Of a stretch of DNA of 64,000 nt, positions 47,881-58,034 are shown one piece after another. Under the pieces are notes generated by a model that saw nothing but the letters and a program-made list of their open reading frames with translations, made no database searches and was not told where the DNA came from. A program made the position numbers and the translations under genes. Numbering within the stretch: the stretch's first letter is position 1; every line of letters begins with the position of its first letter. Source of the DNA: Dehalococcoidia bacterium (lineage in GTDB: Bacteria > Chloroflexota > Dehalococcoidia > Lucifugimonadales > UBA3495); NCBI GenBank assembly GCA_030740155.1, contig JASLXV010000085.1, positions 32,001-96,000 on the forward strand, given 5' to 3'.

Positions 47881-49566
47881 ATGTCTGAACTTCCACATCG
47901 CAGCAGCGGGGAGTGGCGGGCCGCCGGGCCCCCGGACCTTCTGCTGGTAAACGCCCGGGTGGTGACCCTCGAACCGGGACAGCCCAGGGCCGAGGCCGTG
48001 GCGGTGCGCGGCGATACCATTGTCGCCGTCGGCGGCCAGGCCGAAGCGGTGGCCCTTGCCGGACCCGGCACCCGGACCGTCGATTGCCAGCGGATGTGCC
48101 TGCTGCCGGGCTTCGTGGACGCTCACTGCCACCTGATGGCCCTGGCCGCCTCCCTACAGGGGCTCGATTGCGGTCCGGGGGTCGTCTCATCCATGAAAGG
48201 GCTGCAAGACATGCTGCGCCACCGGGCCATGCAGACCCAACCCGGCCGTTGGATTCGTGGTTTCGGATACGACGACCTGGCATTGGCCGAAGGGCGGCAC
48301 CCGGCTCGCTGGGACCTGGACGAGGCGGTTCCCCACCACCCTACCCGGCTAGACCATCGCAGTGGCCACGCCACGGTGCTGAACAGCCGGGGGTTGCGGC
48401 TCGCCGGGATCGACCGGGATACCCCCGACCCCCCAGAGGGAGTGATCGACCGGGACGGCGCCACCGGAGAGCCCACCGGGTTGCTGCTCGATCTGGCGGG
48501 ATTTCTGCGGCAGCGCCTGGGCAGCTTGCGAGACGCCGAACAGATCGAGGAAGGTATCGTCCGGCTGAACCGAGAGTTGCTCGGCTACGGCATTACCTCG
48601 GTTCAGGACGCCGGGCCTGACAACGACCCGGCTCGTTGGGAGTCCTTCGCCAGCCTGCAGGGCTCGGGGAAGCTGCAATGCCGGGTTACCATGCTGGCCG
48701 GGGAGGCCCGCCTGAACGAGTTTTTGGCGGAGGGCCGGCGCCCGGCCGGTGGTGATCGATGGCTGCGGCTGGGCCATGCCAAGGTGATGCTCACGCTGAC
48801 TACCGGAGCGCTCCAGCCAGACCTTGCCAGCCTGGGCCGGATCGTCGTCGAGGCGCATCATGCGGGGTTTCCCGTGGCCATTCACGCGGTGGAGCAGGAG
48901 GCGGTCGCGGCGGCGGCGCGGGTACTCGGGGAAAACCCGTTTGCGCCCCCTCCTGGAAGATTGGGAGATAGGGCTTCGGGGGCCACGAGCCCGCCGGTCG
49001 CCGCCCTCGCGCTCAAGGACCGCATTGAGCACTGTGCCGAGTGCCCGCCCGATCTGGTGATCCAGGTGCGGAGAAGCGGGGCCGGGGTGGTGACCCAGCC
49101 GGGTTTCGTCTACTGGAATGGAGACCGCTATCGGGAGCGGGTGGAAGCGTCGCTGCTGGATCACCTCTATCCGGTGGGCGCCCTGCTTCGCTCCGGCGTG
49201 CCGGTGGCTTTCGGCTCCGACGCTCCGGTCATCGATCCCAACCCCTGGCCGGGCATCTTCAGCGCCGTGACCGGGGCCACGCGGGCCGGAGCGTCGCTGT
49301 CCCCGGCAGAAGAAACCGGGTCCGGAGTGGGCCGTGGGGTTTCCATTCAAGCGGCATTGGAGATATATACCTTGGCCGGCGCGCGCTCCGAAGGCAACCA
49401 GAACAGCAAAGGGACGATCCGTCCGGGGAAGCTGGCCGACTTGGTGCTGGTGGACGCGGACCCGACAATGGCTCCCATTTCCGGCCTGGCGGACATCCGG
49501 CCGGTCTTGACGGTGGTGGGAGGCCGGGTGGTCTGGACCAACGGCCGAGTGGGGATCGATGGTTAG
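47881..49566 (+). CDS. Amidohydrolase 3 family protein (YtcJ-like)
   Basis: LPGFVDAHCH, EPTGLL, IHAV, RIEH, GSDAP, GTIRPGKLADLV. Confidence 0.9.
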   Translation: MSELPHRSSGEWRAAGPPDLLLVNARVVTLEPGQPRAEAVAVRGDTIVAVGGQAEAVALAGPGTRTVDCQRMCLLPGFVDAHCHLMALAASLQGLDCGPGVVSSMKGLQDMLRHRAMQTQPGRWIRGFGYDDLALAEGRHPARWDLDEAVPHHPTRLDHRSGHATVLNSRGLRLAGIDRDTPDPPEGVIDRDGATGEPTGLLLDLAGFLRQRLGSLRDAEQIEEGIVRLNRELLGYGITSVQDAGPDNDPARWESFASLQGSGKLQCRVTMLAGEARLNEFLAEGRRPAGGDRWLRLGHAKVMLTLTTGALQPDLASLGRIVVEAHHAGFPVAIHAVEQEAVAAAARVLGENPFAPPPGRLGDRASGATSPPVAALALKDRIEHCAECPPDLVIQVRRSGAGVVTQPGFVYWNGDRYRERVEASLLDHLYPVGALLRSGVPVAFGSDAPVIDPNPWPGIFSAVTGATRAGASLSPAEETGSGVGRGVSIQAALEIYTLAGARSEGNQNSKGTIRPGKLADLVLVDADPTMAPISGLADIRPVLTVVGGRVVWTNGRVGIDG

Positions 49567-50561
49567 TGGGTGCGCTCCCGGAGGTAGCCAGACAGGTCCA
49601 GCAGGGAGTGCCGTGCCTGGCAATCGGGAAGTTCGTCCAGGGACCTCGATGCCGTCTCACAGTATTGCCGGATGACGGTGTAGCAGTCCTTGATAATGGT
49701 GGAATCGTTTATCATGTCCAGGACCTTTGGCACCTGGCCATCCTGATCACGGTCCTCAGACAACTCCCGGAACAGCTTTTCGATGGGGTTATCCGCCGGA
49801 TACCGTTCCATCAGCATGATGGCCGGCAGCGTCAGCACCCCTTGCCGGAGGTCGCTGCCGACCGGCTTGCCCAGCTCGGCGGCGTCGCCCTGGACGTCCA
49901 GCAGGTCGTCCATTATCTGGAAGGCCATGCCGATGTTGAAGCCATAAGCCCGGAGCGCCTGGGTTTGTGGCTCCGGAGCCCCGCCCAGGATGGCGCCCGT
50001 TTCCGCCGCGGTGCAAAACAGAGAGGCGGTCTTGCGGTAGATGCGCTCGTCGTAGAGCTTGCGGGCCTGCTTGGCATCGAAGGCGCTGAACAGCTCGATC
50101 AGCTCGCCGCTGGCCAGATCCATGATGGTCTCGGAGAACCGGCGGATGACCCGCACGTTCCCAGTTTCGCAAACGAACGTGGCGGACGTGGCGAAGACGT
50201 AGTCGCCGAACAGCACCGCCACGTTCCGGCCCCAAGCGTTGCTGACGGTGGCCTTGCCGCGGCGCAGGTCCGAGTTGTCCACCGTGTCGTCGTGGATCAG
50301 GGTGGCCACGTGAAGCAGTTCCACCGCCGCGGCCATGGTGATCGGATTTTCCGGCTGGTGGGGGTAGAAATCGGCGGCCAACAGGGTGATGGCAGGCCGG
50401 ATCCGTTTCCCGCCGCTCGTCAGTACGTGGTCCAGCAGGGGGCCCAGGTAGGGGCTGTCGTCGGTTTGGCTCAGGCCCCGAAGACGCGCTTCCACACGGC
50501 CCAGATCGAGCTGAATCGGCGTGTAAATTGACGCGGTCCTCTCATCCAGCCCTTTGAGCAA
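49563..50561 (-). CDS. Polyprenyl diphosphate synthase (long-chain trans-IDS)
   Basis: GGKRIRP, ATLIHDDTVD...RRG, KTASLF, FQIMDDLLD, GKPVGSDL. Confidence 0.93.
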   Translation of the reverse strand: MLKGLDERTASIYTPIQLDLGRVEARLRGLSQTDDSPYLGPLLDHVLTSGGKRIRPAITLLAADFYPHQPENPITMAAAVELLHVATLIHDDTVDNSDLRRGKATVSNAWGRNVAVLFGDYVFATSATFVCETGNVRVIRRFSETIMDLASGELIELFSAFDAKQARKLYDERIYRKTASLFCTAAETGAILGGAPEPQTQALRAYGFNIGMAFQIMDDLLDVQGDAAELGKPVGSDLRQGVLTLPAIMLMERYPADNPIEKLFRELSEDRDQDGQVPKVLDMINDSTIIKDCYTVIRQYCETASRSLDELPDCQARHSLLDLSGYLRERTH

Positions 50562-50569
50562 GCTGCCCC

Positions 50570-52255
50570 CTATGCGGTCCCGACGCCTAGCCGCTGCACC
50601 TCATCATCCACCACCTGGGCGTCCAGCTTGGTATACAGCGGCGAGGGCCCGCGCAAGGACTTGCCGCCCTCCACCCCTTTCAGGATCGCATCAAAATCCC
50701 ACTGTTCCTCTTCGACCGGGCCGTCAAATCCCAAGAATTCATGCAAGCGGTGAGCGCTGAACGGGAGGAAGGGGTACAAGATCACCTTGAGGCAATTTAT
50801 CACCGCAATGCTAGTCCACAGGGCGGTGGCGGCATCCTGCCGGGCGGTCTTGATGGATTTCCAGGGCGCCGTGGTGTCCAGGTAGCGGTTGGCCTCCTGC
50901 GCCAGGGAGAAGGCCTGGCCGATGGCAGCCTTGAAGCGGCAATTGGATAGGCTCTGGTCCACGCCGTCCATCGCGGCGCGGGCACCCTTGAGAATCGCCT
51001 CGTCCACCGGGCTCAGCGGCCCCGGCGAGGGAATCTTGCCATCGAAGTTCCGGTAGGTGAAGGACAGTACCCGATGCACCAGGTTCCCGTAGGTCGCCAC
51101 CAGCTCTTCATTGTTCCGGCGCACGAACTCGCCCCAGGAGAAGTCGGTATCGGCGGACTCCGGCATATTGATGGAGAGGACGAAACGGAGGGGATCAGGA
51201 TCGTACCGGGCCAGGTAGTCGGGCACCCAGACCGCCCAGTTCTGGCTGGTGGAGAACTTCTGGTTCTCCAAACTCAGGAACTCGTTGGCCGGAACGTCGT
51301 AGGGCAAGTTGAGGCCGCCGTGGCCCATGAGGATGGCCGGCCAGATGATGGAGTGGAAGGGGATGTTGTCCTTGCCGATGAAGTAGTAGGGCCTGGTGTT
51401 GGGGTCCTTCCAGAACTCCTCCCACTTGCCGGGAGTCCCGGCCCGCTGCGCCCATTCGACCGCCGCCGACAGGTAGCCGATCACCGCCTCGAACCAGACG
51501 TAGATTCGTTTGCCCTCGTATCCTTCCACGGGGACGGGTATCCCCCAGGTGAGGTCGCGGGTGATGGCCCGGTCCTTCAGCCCGTCCTCCAGGTAGCGCC
51601 GGGTGAAGTTGAGAACGTTGGGTCTCCAGTGATCATGCTGGTTTACCCACTCCAGAAGTGGCTCCTGAAAGGCGGACAGCTTGAGAAAGAAGTGCTCCGA
51701 GTCACGAAACTCCGGCGCGGTCCCACATAGGTTGCAGCGGGGCTCCAGCAGGTCTTTGGAGTCCAAGGTGCGGCCGCACGTTTCGCACTGGTCACCCCTG
51801 GCCCGGTTGGAGTGGCAGTGGGGGCAGACGCCTTCCACGTACCGGTCTGGCAGGAAACGGTCGCATGCCGGGCAGTAGGCCAGCAGTGTCACATCGGTGT
51901 AGATGTATCCCTTCTCCCGTAGGAGCCGGAATATGCCCTGGACCACCTCTTGGTGATTCTCGGTGCGGGTGGTGGTGAACAGGTCGAAAGATATGCCCAG
52001 ACGGTCCCAGGTGTCCAGGAACTGGGCGTGGTACCGGTCCACGACCTCTTGGGGAGTCACGCCTTCCTGCTCGGCCCGGACGGTAATGGGGGTGCCGTGG
52101 CTGTCGCTGCCCGATACCATCAACACCTGGTTACCCTTCATCCGATGGTAGCGGGCGAAGATGTCGGCGGGGAGATAGCACCCGGCTACATGGCCCAGGT
52201 GCAGGGGTCCGTTAGCGTAGGGCCAGGCGACGGCGACGAATATGCGCTCGGGCAA
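50570..52255 (-). CDS. metG: Methionine--tRNA ligase
   Basis: PYANGPLHLGH, Zn knuckles, YVWFEA, GKDNIPFH, KFSTS. Confidence 0.97.
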   Translation of the reverse strand: MPERIFVAVAWPYANGPLHLGHVAGCYLPADIFARYHRMKGNQVLMVSGSDSHGTPITVRAEQEGVTPQEVVDRYHAQFLDTWDRLGISFDLFTTTRTENHQEVVQGIFRLLREKGYIYTDVTLLAYCPACDRFLPDRYVEGVCPHCHSNRARGDQCETCGRTLDSKDLLEPRCNLCGTAPEFRDSEHFFLKLSAFQEPLLEWVNQHDHWRPNVLNFTRRYLEDGLKDRAITRDLTWGIPVPVEGYEGKRIYVWFEAVIGYLSAAVEWAQRAGTPGKWEEFWKDPNTRPYYFIGKDNIPFHSIIWPAILMGHGGLNLPYDVPANEFLSLENQKFSTSQNWAVWVPDYLARYDPDPLRFVLSINMPESADTDFSWGEFVRRNNEELVATYGNLVHRVLSFTYRNFDGKIPSPGPLSPVDEAILKGARAAMDGVDQSLSNCRFKAAIGQAFSLAQEANRYLDTTAPWKSIKTARQDAATALWTSIAVINCLKVILYPFLPFSAHRLHEFLGFDGPVEEEQWDFDAILKGVEGGKSLRGPSPLYTKLDAQVVDDEVQRLGVGTA

Positions 52256-52417
52256 CGGCGGACTTCCTCTAGGTGTCTCACGGAATGGGTTCGTTCATTC
52301 TATCATAACCACCAGGCATAATCGCCACACGCTGCCTCGCCCGGCCCAGGCTGCGCCAGGGCATCCCTCTCCCGAGGGAGAGGGAACGAGGGTGAGGGCA
52401 TCGGCGCGTAGCTGTGG

Positions 52418-52447
52418 TTGACAAGCTGACTTTGGTGCTGATAACAT
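52418..52447 (+). promoter_or_regulatory. Promoter of the T-box/ilvBNC operon
   Basis: TTGACA-18 nt-(TGA)TAACAT directly upstream of T-box stem I. Confidence 0.65.
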
Positions 52448-52464
52448 CCACGGGTTACATTGCT

Positions 52465-52750
52465 AAGAAACCCGCTTAGAAAGGGAGTAGTAGGAGTAAC
52501 CGTTCCCAGAGAGCCGGTGGTTGGTGGAAAACCGGTGAAGGCAATACTCCGAACTCGCCCTGGAGCGACCAGCCTGAACTAGAGTAGGGCGCGGCGGCTG
52601 GCACCGTTAACGGCCTTGGAGCAGTTCCGGCATCCGAGTTGGTAATTAGTCAGCCTCAAAGCTGAGTCATGACGACTGGATTCCCGGAAAATAAGGGTGG
52701 TACCGCGGGATCTAACGACTCGTCCCTTTGGGGATGGGTTTTTTTGTTTA
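52465..52750 (+). ncRNA. T-box riboswitch, probable Leu (CUC) specifier
   Basis: AGUA/GAA S-turn, AGAGA and GGUGGAA distal motifs; CUC at 52554-52556; T-box AATAAGGGTGGTACCGCGG at 52690-52708; terminator CTCGTCCC-TTTG-GGGATGGG-T7. Confidence 0.92.
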
Positions 52751-52804
52751 TCGAGGCTCTCACTCCGGCTAAACCAAGCGGAGTGGGAGTCACGGGGAGC
52801 GGGG

Positions 52805-54496
52805 ATGAAGCTAACGGGCGCCGAAATCGTATGTGAAAGCCTCCTGAAAGAAGGGGTGGAGGTTATTTTCGGGATTCCTGGGGGCGCGGTGCTGCCTTTC
52901 TACGGAGCCCTGTCCAAATACCCCAAGATACGGCACATCCTGGTGCGCCACGAACAAGGCGCGGCCATGGGCGCCGACGGCTACGCCCGGGCGACCGGCA
53001 AGGTTGGGGTATGCACCGCCACTTCGGGGCCGGGGGCCACCAACCTGGTTACCGGCATCGCTTGCGCCCAGATGGACTCGGTGCCGATGGTCGCCATTAC
53101 CGGGCAGGTGTCCCGGGCGGTCTTGGGAAGCGATGCTTTCCAGGAGATCGACATGACCGGGATCACCCTGCCCATTACCAAGCACAACTACCTGGTCATG
53201 AACGTCGCGGAAATTGCCGGAGTCATCAAAGAGGCGTTTCACATCGCCCGGACCGGGCGGCCGGGGCCGGTACTGGTGGACCTGCCCAGGGACGTGCTCC
53301 AGGACGAGCTGACGGAGTTCGTCTGGCCCGAGACAATCAGCATTGCTGGCTACAATCCGCCCGGCGATGCGGACCCGGAACAGGTGGCCGAGGCGGCCAG
53401 GCTGATCAACCAGGCGGACCGGCCCGTTATCGTGGCCGGACATGGGGTGCTCATTTCCCACGCCTACGGAGAGCTGCGGGAGTTTGCGGAGAAGACCCAG
53501 ACACCGGTGGTCACCACCCTGCTGGGCATCAGCTCATTGCCCACGGACCACTACCTGAACCTGGGCATGGCGGGAATGCACGGCCTGGCCAGCGCGAGCC
53601 TGGCGGTCGACAAGTCCGATCTGATCATAGCCCTGGGAATGCGGTTCGACGACCGGATCACGGGGCGCCTGAGCGACTTCGCTCCCAATGCCAAGGTGAT
53701 CCATGTCGACGTGGACCCTTCGGAATTGAACAAGAACGTCCAGGCGAATGTGCCCATAGTTGGGGATCTCAAGTGTTTCCTGCAACAGCTCATGCCCCTG
53801 GTGGAGCCCAAGGTCCACATCGACTGGCTGCGTAGCGTCGACACCCTGTGGACCGAGCACCCGACGGCGCACATCCGGCAGACCGAGGAGCTGCTGCCCC
53901 AGTTCGTGCTGCGGAAGCTTTCGGAGGCGACCCAGGGAGACTCGATCATCGTGACCGGCGTGGGGCAGCACCAGATGTGGGCCGCCCAGTTCTGCGCCTT
54001 TAACGAGCCGAACACGTTGATTACGTCGGGCGGGCTGGGCTCCATGGGTTATGAGGTCCCCGCCGCCCTGGGAGCCAAGTTGGGACGGCCGGATAAGACC
54101 GTCTGGTCCGTCGCCGGCGACGGCGGCTTCCAGATGACCTTGTGCGACCTGGCTACAGCCGCGGAGAACAACATCGAGGTGAAGTTCGCCATTCTAAACA
54201 ACGGGTCCCTGGGCATGGTGCACCAGTTGCAGGACCTGTTCTTCGACCAAGACTATTTTGCTTCCCAATACACGGCCAACCCGGATTTCGTCAAGCTGGC
54301 CGGAGCCTACGGGATTCATGGGATTCGGGTCACCGCGAAAGACCAGGTGAACGGGGCAATCCAAGAGGCGATGGAGACTCCCGGCCCGGTGATCATCGAC
54401 TTCCGGGTCGTGGAAGAGAACGTGTACCCGACGATCCCGGCCGGGAAATCCGTCAACGACATGATAGAGGAACCGGCGCCGGAGGGCATTCACTGA
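52805..54496 (+). CDS. ilvB: Acetolactate synthase large subunit
   Basis: FGIPGGA, RHEQ, TSGPGATN, GMHG, RFDDR, GQHQMWAAQ, GDGG; ATG 52805. Confidence 0.95.
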   Translation: MKLTGAEIVCESLLKEGVEVIFGIPGGAVLPFYGALSKYPKIRHILVRHEQGAAMGADGYARATGKVGVCTATSGPGATNLVTGIACAQMDSVPMVAITGQVSRAVLGSDAFQEIDMTGITLPITKHNYLVMNVAEIAGVIKEAFHIARTGRPGPVLVDLPRDVLQDELTEFVWPETISIAGYNPPGDADPEQVAEAARLINQADRPVIVAGHGVLISHAYGELREFAEKTQTPVVTTLLGISSLPTDHYLNLGMAGMHGLASASLAVDKSDLIIALGMRFDDRITGRLSDFAPNAKVIHVDVDPSELNKNVQANVPIVGDLKCFLQQLMPLVEPKVHIDWLRSVDTLWTEHPTAHIRQTEELLPQFVLRKLSEATQGDSIIVTGVGQHQMWAAQFCAFNEPNTLITSGGLGSMGYEVPAALGAKLGRPDKTVWSVAGDGGFQMTLCDLATAAENNIEVKFAILNNGSLGMVHQLQDLFFDQDYFASQYTANPDFVKLAGAYGIHGIRVTAKDQVNGAIQEAMETPGPVIIDFRVVEENVYPTIPAGKSVNDMIEEPAPEGIH

Positions 54497-54497
54497 A

Positions 54498-55049
54498 ATG
54501 AACCGGAACGGAGAGCAGCACACCATTGTTGCCCTGGTGGAGGACCGTCCCGGGGTCCTCACCCGCATCGCCAGCATGTTCCGGCGGCGCGGCTTCAACA
54601 TCGCGAGTTTGGCAGTTGGAAAGAGCGAGCGGCCCGGCCTGTCCCGCATGACCTTCGTGGTCGACGGCGATCAGAACACGGTCTACCAGGTGACCAAGCA
54701 ACTCGACAAGCTCATCGACGTTATCCTGGTTTCCGACATCTCCGCTGATTCGATCGTGTCCAGGGAGTTGGCCCTGGTCAAAGTGAAAACGGATCCGTCC
54801 ACCCGTGGCGAGATCATCCAGATCGTCCAGCTGTTTCGGGCCAACATCGTGGACGTGGGCACCCAGTCCATGGTGATCGAGATCACTGGAGAGGAAGACA
54901 AGATCAACGCCTTGAGCAACCTTCTCGAACCCTTTGGCATTATTGAGTTGCTGCGCACCGGGCGCGTGGCTATGGTCCGCGGCCAGACCAACGGCCGGGT
55001 CACCGACAGTGTTGGAGTCGACCTCGGCGGGAATGGATTCGGCGACTGA
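54498..55049 (+). CDS. ilvN: Acetolactate synthase small (regulatory) subunit
   Basis: ACT domain [39 protein letters not shown]. Confidence 0.95.
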   Translation: MNRNGEQHTIVALVEDRPGVLTRIASMFRRRGFNIASLAVGKSERPGLSRMTFVVDGDQNTVYQVTKQLDKLIDVILVSDISADSIVSRELALVKVKTDPSTRGEIIQIVQLFRANIVDVGTQSMVIEITGEEDKINALSNLLEPFGIIELLRTGRVAMVRGQTNGRVTDSVGVDLGGNGFGD

Positions 55050-55102
55050 GGTGGGGCAATCTCCGGGATTGGAGAATTCGGCGAATTGAAGATGATGGTG
55101 AA

Positions 55103-56104
55103 ATGGTAAAAGTTTTCTACGACGAAGACGCGGACCTGGGGGTCCTGGCGGACAAAACCATCGGCATCGTGGGCTACGGGAGCCAGGGGCACGCCCACGC
55201 GCTAAACCTGAAGGACAACGGGCAGAAGGTGATGGTCGGCCTCTACCCGGGCAGCCCTAGCCGGGTCAAAGCCCAAGCGGCGGGCCTGGAAGTGGCGGAC
55301 GTGCCCGACGTGGTCAAGGCGGCGGACGTGTTGATGGTGGTGATCCCGGACCACGTGCAAGGCGGGGTGTACCGGAAGGAGATCGCTCCTCACTTAAAGC
55401 CGGGCAGCGCCCTCATGTTCGCCCACGGTTTTAGCATTCTCTACCGGGAGGTGGTCCCACCCAGCAACGTGGACGTGATGATGGTTGCACCGAAGGCCCC
55501 CGGCCACCGTATGCGGGAGCTTTTCGAGAGTGGAGTCGGGGTGCCCAGCCTGCTGGCCATCCACCAAGACGCCACCGGTCACGCTCAAGAGGTCGGTCTG
55601 GCCTATGCCAAGGGCGTTGGCTCCACCAGTGCGGGGGTGTTGGAAACCACTTTCAAGGACGAGACCGAAAGTGATCTGTTCGGCGAGCAGACCATCCTCT
55701 GCGGGGGCGTCTCGTCTCTGGTCCGCGCCGCCTTCGAGACCCTGGTGGAAGGTGGGTATCCACCGGAGATCGCCTACTTCGAGTGCATGCATGAGCTGAA
55801 GATGATCGTGGACCTCATGTACCAGGGAGGGTTCTCCTACATGCGCTACTCGGTCAGCGACACCGCCGAGTACGGGGACCTGACCCGGGGGCCCAGGGTC
55901 GTCGACGATCACGTCCGGGATAATATGCGGAAAATCCTGAAGGAAATCCAGGACGGCACCTTCGCCCGGGAGTGGATCGCCGAGAACGACGAGGGTCGCA
56001 AACGGTTCCTTCCCCTCCGGGAGGAGGCGCGCCACAGCCAGATAGAGGAAGTGGGCAAGAAGCTTCGGGGCATGATGACCTGGCTCGACCCAAAAGAGGT
56101 GTAA
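55103..56104 (+). CDS. ilvC: Ketol-acid reductoisomerase
   Basis: [45 protein letters not shown]. Confidence 0.97.
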   Translation: MVKVFYDEDADLGVLADKTIGIVGYGSQGHAHALNLKDNGQKVMVGLYPGSPSRVKAQAAGLEVADVPDVVKAADVLMVVIPDHVQGGVYRKEIAPHLKPGSALMFAHGFSILYREVVPPSNVDVMMVAPKAPGHRMRELFESGVGVPSLLAIHQDATGHAQEVGLAYAKGVGSTSAGVLETTFKDETESDLFGEQTILCGGVSSLVRAAFETLVEGGYPPEIAYFECMHELKMIVDLMYQGGFSYMRYSVSDTAEYGDLTRGPRVVDDHVRDNMRKILKEIQDGTFAREWIAENDEGRKRFLPLREEARHSQIEEVGKKLRGMMTWLDPKEV

Positions 56105-56183
56105 AATCCTCACCCCATCCTTCGATCACCCCTCTCCCAGCGGTAGAGGGGCCGGCGATGAGGAGCCCCTAGGAGAAAGAATC

Positions 56184-56285
56184 ATGACAATGGAGATACA
56201 GACAGTAGTTCACCGTCACACGCTGGTCTTGGCAGGGCTGGGTGCGGTGGACTACGTGACCCTGCCCTTCGTTTCTGCAAGCTAG
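56184..56285 (+). CDS. Putative 33-aa leader peptide upstream of leuA
   Basis: AGGAG SD then MTMEIQTVVHRHTLVLAGLGAVDYVTLPFVSAS*; followed by GC hairpins. Confidence 0.45.
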   Translation: MTMEIQTVVHRHTLVLAGLGAVDYVTLPFVSAS

Positions 56286-56425
56286 GCAAGCCGTTTCGCG
56301 GGTTTGCCGGCCCGGCGCGGCCGAGGACTCTCGGGGTCCGGCTGGTCCGGGAGCATCAAGTCGAATATCCGATTTGCCGTAGACCAAACGATACTGCAAA
56401 ACAGAAAGAGAAAGGGTTGAATAAA

Positions 56426-57985
56426 ATGGCTGAAAGAAAAGTATTGTTCTTGGACACCACCCTCCGGGATGGAGAGCAGTCCGCCGGGATCGGGATGACC
56501 GCGGACGAGAAAATGGAGATCGCCCGGCAGCTACAGCGGCTGCGGGTCGACATTATCGAAGCCGGGTTTGCCGCCAGCTCCCCGGGGGACTTCCAAGCGG
56601 TGAGCAACATCGCCCGGGAAATCCACGGTCCCATCATCGCCTCCCTGGCCCGTGCCGTCGCCGACGACGTTGACCAGGCATGGGCGGCCGTCAAGCACGC
56701 CGAGAAACCCCGCATCCACATCTTCCTCTCCTCCTCGGAGATCCACCAGATGCACCAGCTTCGCAAGAACCGGGAAGAGGTGATGGACATGGCGGTGACC
56801 ATGGTGGCGCGGGCTAAAGGATATTGCGACGACGTGGAATTCTCTCCCATGGATGCCACGCGCACCAATCCAGAGTACCTTTTCGAGATGCTGGAGGAGG
56901 TGATTCGTGTCGGCGCCACCACCGTCAACGTCGCTGACACCGTGGGCTACGCCATCCCTTCCGACTTCGCCAGGCTGCTACTCGAAATTCAGGAGAAGGT
57001 GCCGGGCATCGACAAAGTGAACCTCAGTGTCCACTGCCACAACGACCTGGGCTTGGCGGTGTCCAACAGCCTCGCCGCCATTCAGGCCGGCGCCCGCCAG
57101 GTGGAGGGTTGCATCAACGGTATCGGGGAGCGAGCCGGGAACGCCTCCCTGGAAGAGATAATCATGGCGGTCGACACTCGCCAAGACCTCTTCGCGGTGC
57201 AGATAGGCATCGACACCACTCAGCTTTACCCCGCCAGCCGATTGGTCAGCCGTATCACCGGGATGGCGGTACAGGCCAACAAAGCGGTGGTGGGCGAGAA
57301 CGCCTTCCGCCACGCCTCCGGCATCCACCAGGATGGGGTGCTGAAGGACCGGTCCACCTACGAGGTGATGCAGCCGGAACGGGTGGGCGTACCCGGCAGC
57401 ACGCTGGTGCTGGGCAAGCTGAGCGGCCGGGCCGGTCTCCAGTCCAGGCTGGAAGACCTGGGATACACCCTGAACCGAGAGGAGATCTCCAAGGTCTTCG
57501 AGTCTTTCAAAGTGCTTGCCGACAAAAAGCGCGAGGTCAATGACCGGGACCTGGAAATCCTCATGGATGAGGAGAAACGAGTGGCCACCGAGCCCGTCAC
57601 GTACGCCCTGGACCAGGTCCAGTTCTCGAGCGGCGACCATGACATCGCCACGGCCACCGTGCGCCTCATCGGCCCGGACCAGGAACCGGCTACCGACGCC
57701 GCCACCGGCAACGGCCCGGTGGACGCCGTCTGCAAGGCCATCAACCGGGTAACCGGTTCACCCTGCGAGGTGGTGGACTTCAGCGTCCAATCGGTGACTG
57801 AGGGCATCGACTCGATAGGCAGAGTGACCATCCGGGTCGAAAAAGACGGGCAGGTCTACACCGGCCGCGGGGCCTCCACCGACATTATCGTGGCCAGCGC
57901 CAAGGCGTATCTGAGCGCGGTTAACCGCATGTTGGCGTCCGACGAATCGGACATCCTGCCGCCCGTGGGAACCACGCCCGACTAG
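56426..57985 (+). CDS. leuA: 2-isopropylmalate synthase
   Basis: DTTLRDGEQ, HCHNDLG, GIGERAGN, HASGIHQDG, GNGPVDA regulatory domain. Confidence 0.95.
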   Translation: MAERKVLFLDTTLRDGEQSAGIGMTADEKMEIARQLQRLRVDIIEAGFAASSPGDFQAVSNIAREIHGPIIASLARAVADDVDQAWAAVKHAEKPRIHIFLSSSEIHQMHQLRKNREEVMDMAVTMVARAKGYCDDVEFSPMDATRTNPEYLFEMLEEVIRVGATTVNVADTVGYAIPSDFARLLLEIQEKVPGIDKVNLSVHCHNDLGLAVSNSLAAIQAGARQVEGCINGIGERAGNASLEEIIMAVDTRQDLFAVQIGIDTTQLYPASRLVSRITGMAVQANKAVVGENAFRHASGIHQDGVLKDRSTYEVMQPERVGVPGSTLVLGKLSGRAGLQSRLEDLGYTLNREEISKVFESFKVLADKKREVNDRDLEILMDEEKRVATEPVTYALDQVQFSSGDHDIATATVRLIGPDQEPATDAATGNGPVDAVCKAINRVTGSPCEVVDFSVQSVTEGIDSIGRVTIRVEKDGQVYTGRGASTDIIVASAKAYLSAVNRMLASDESDILPPVGTTPD

Positions 57986-58006
57986 CGTTACGCCGTTGCC
58001 GAAACA

Positions 58007-58034
58007 GTAGGGGCGCAGCATGCTGCGCCCCTAC
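58007..58034. repeat. Perfect 28-bp GTAG-type REP palindrome
   Basis: GTAGGGGCGCAGCATGCTGCGCCCCTAC between convergent genes. Confidence 0.8.

Noticed and set aside
17765..52447. Lineage-specific 18-bp promoter spacer (four candidates have 18)
   Set aside because: Other candidates have 16 (23020) or 17 (1428, 38784); the sample is small, hand-picked and lacks TSS data.
52697..52804. N-terminal extension of ilvB in the ORF track
   Set aside because: It runs through the T-box and terminator; ATG 52805 (MKLTG) matches the paralog's start.
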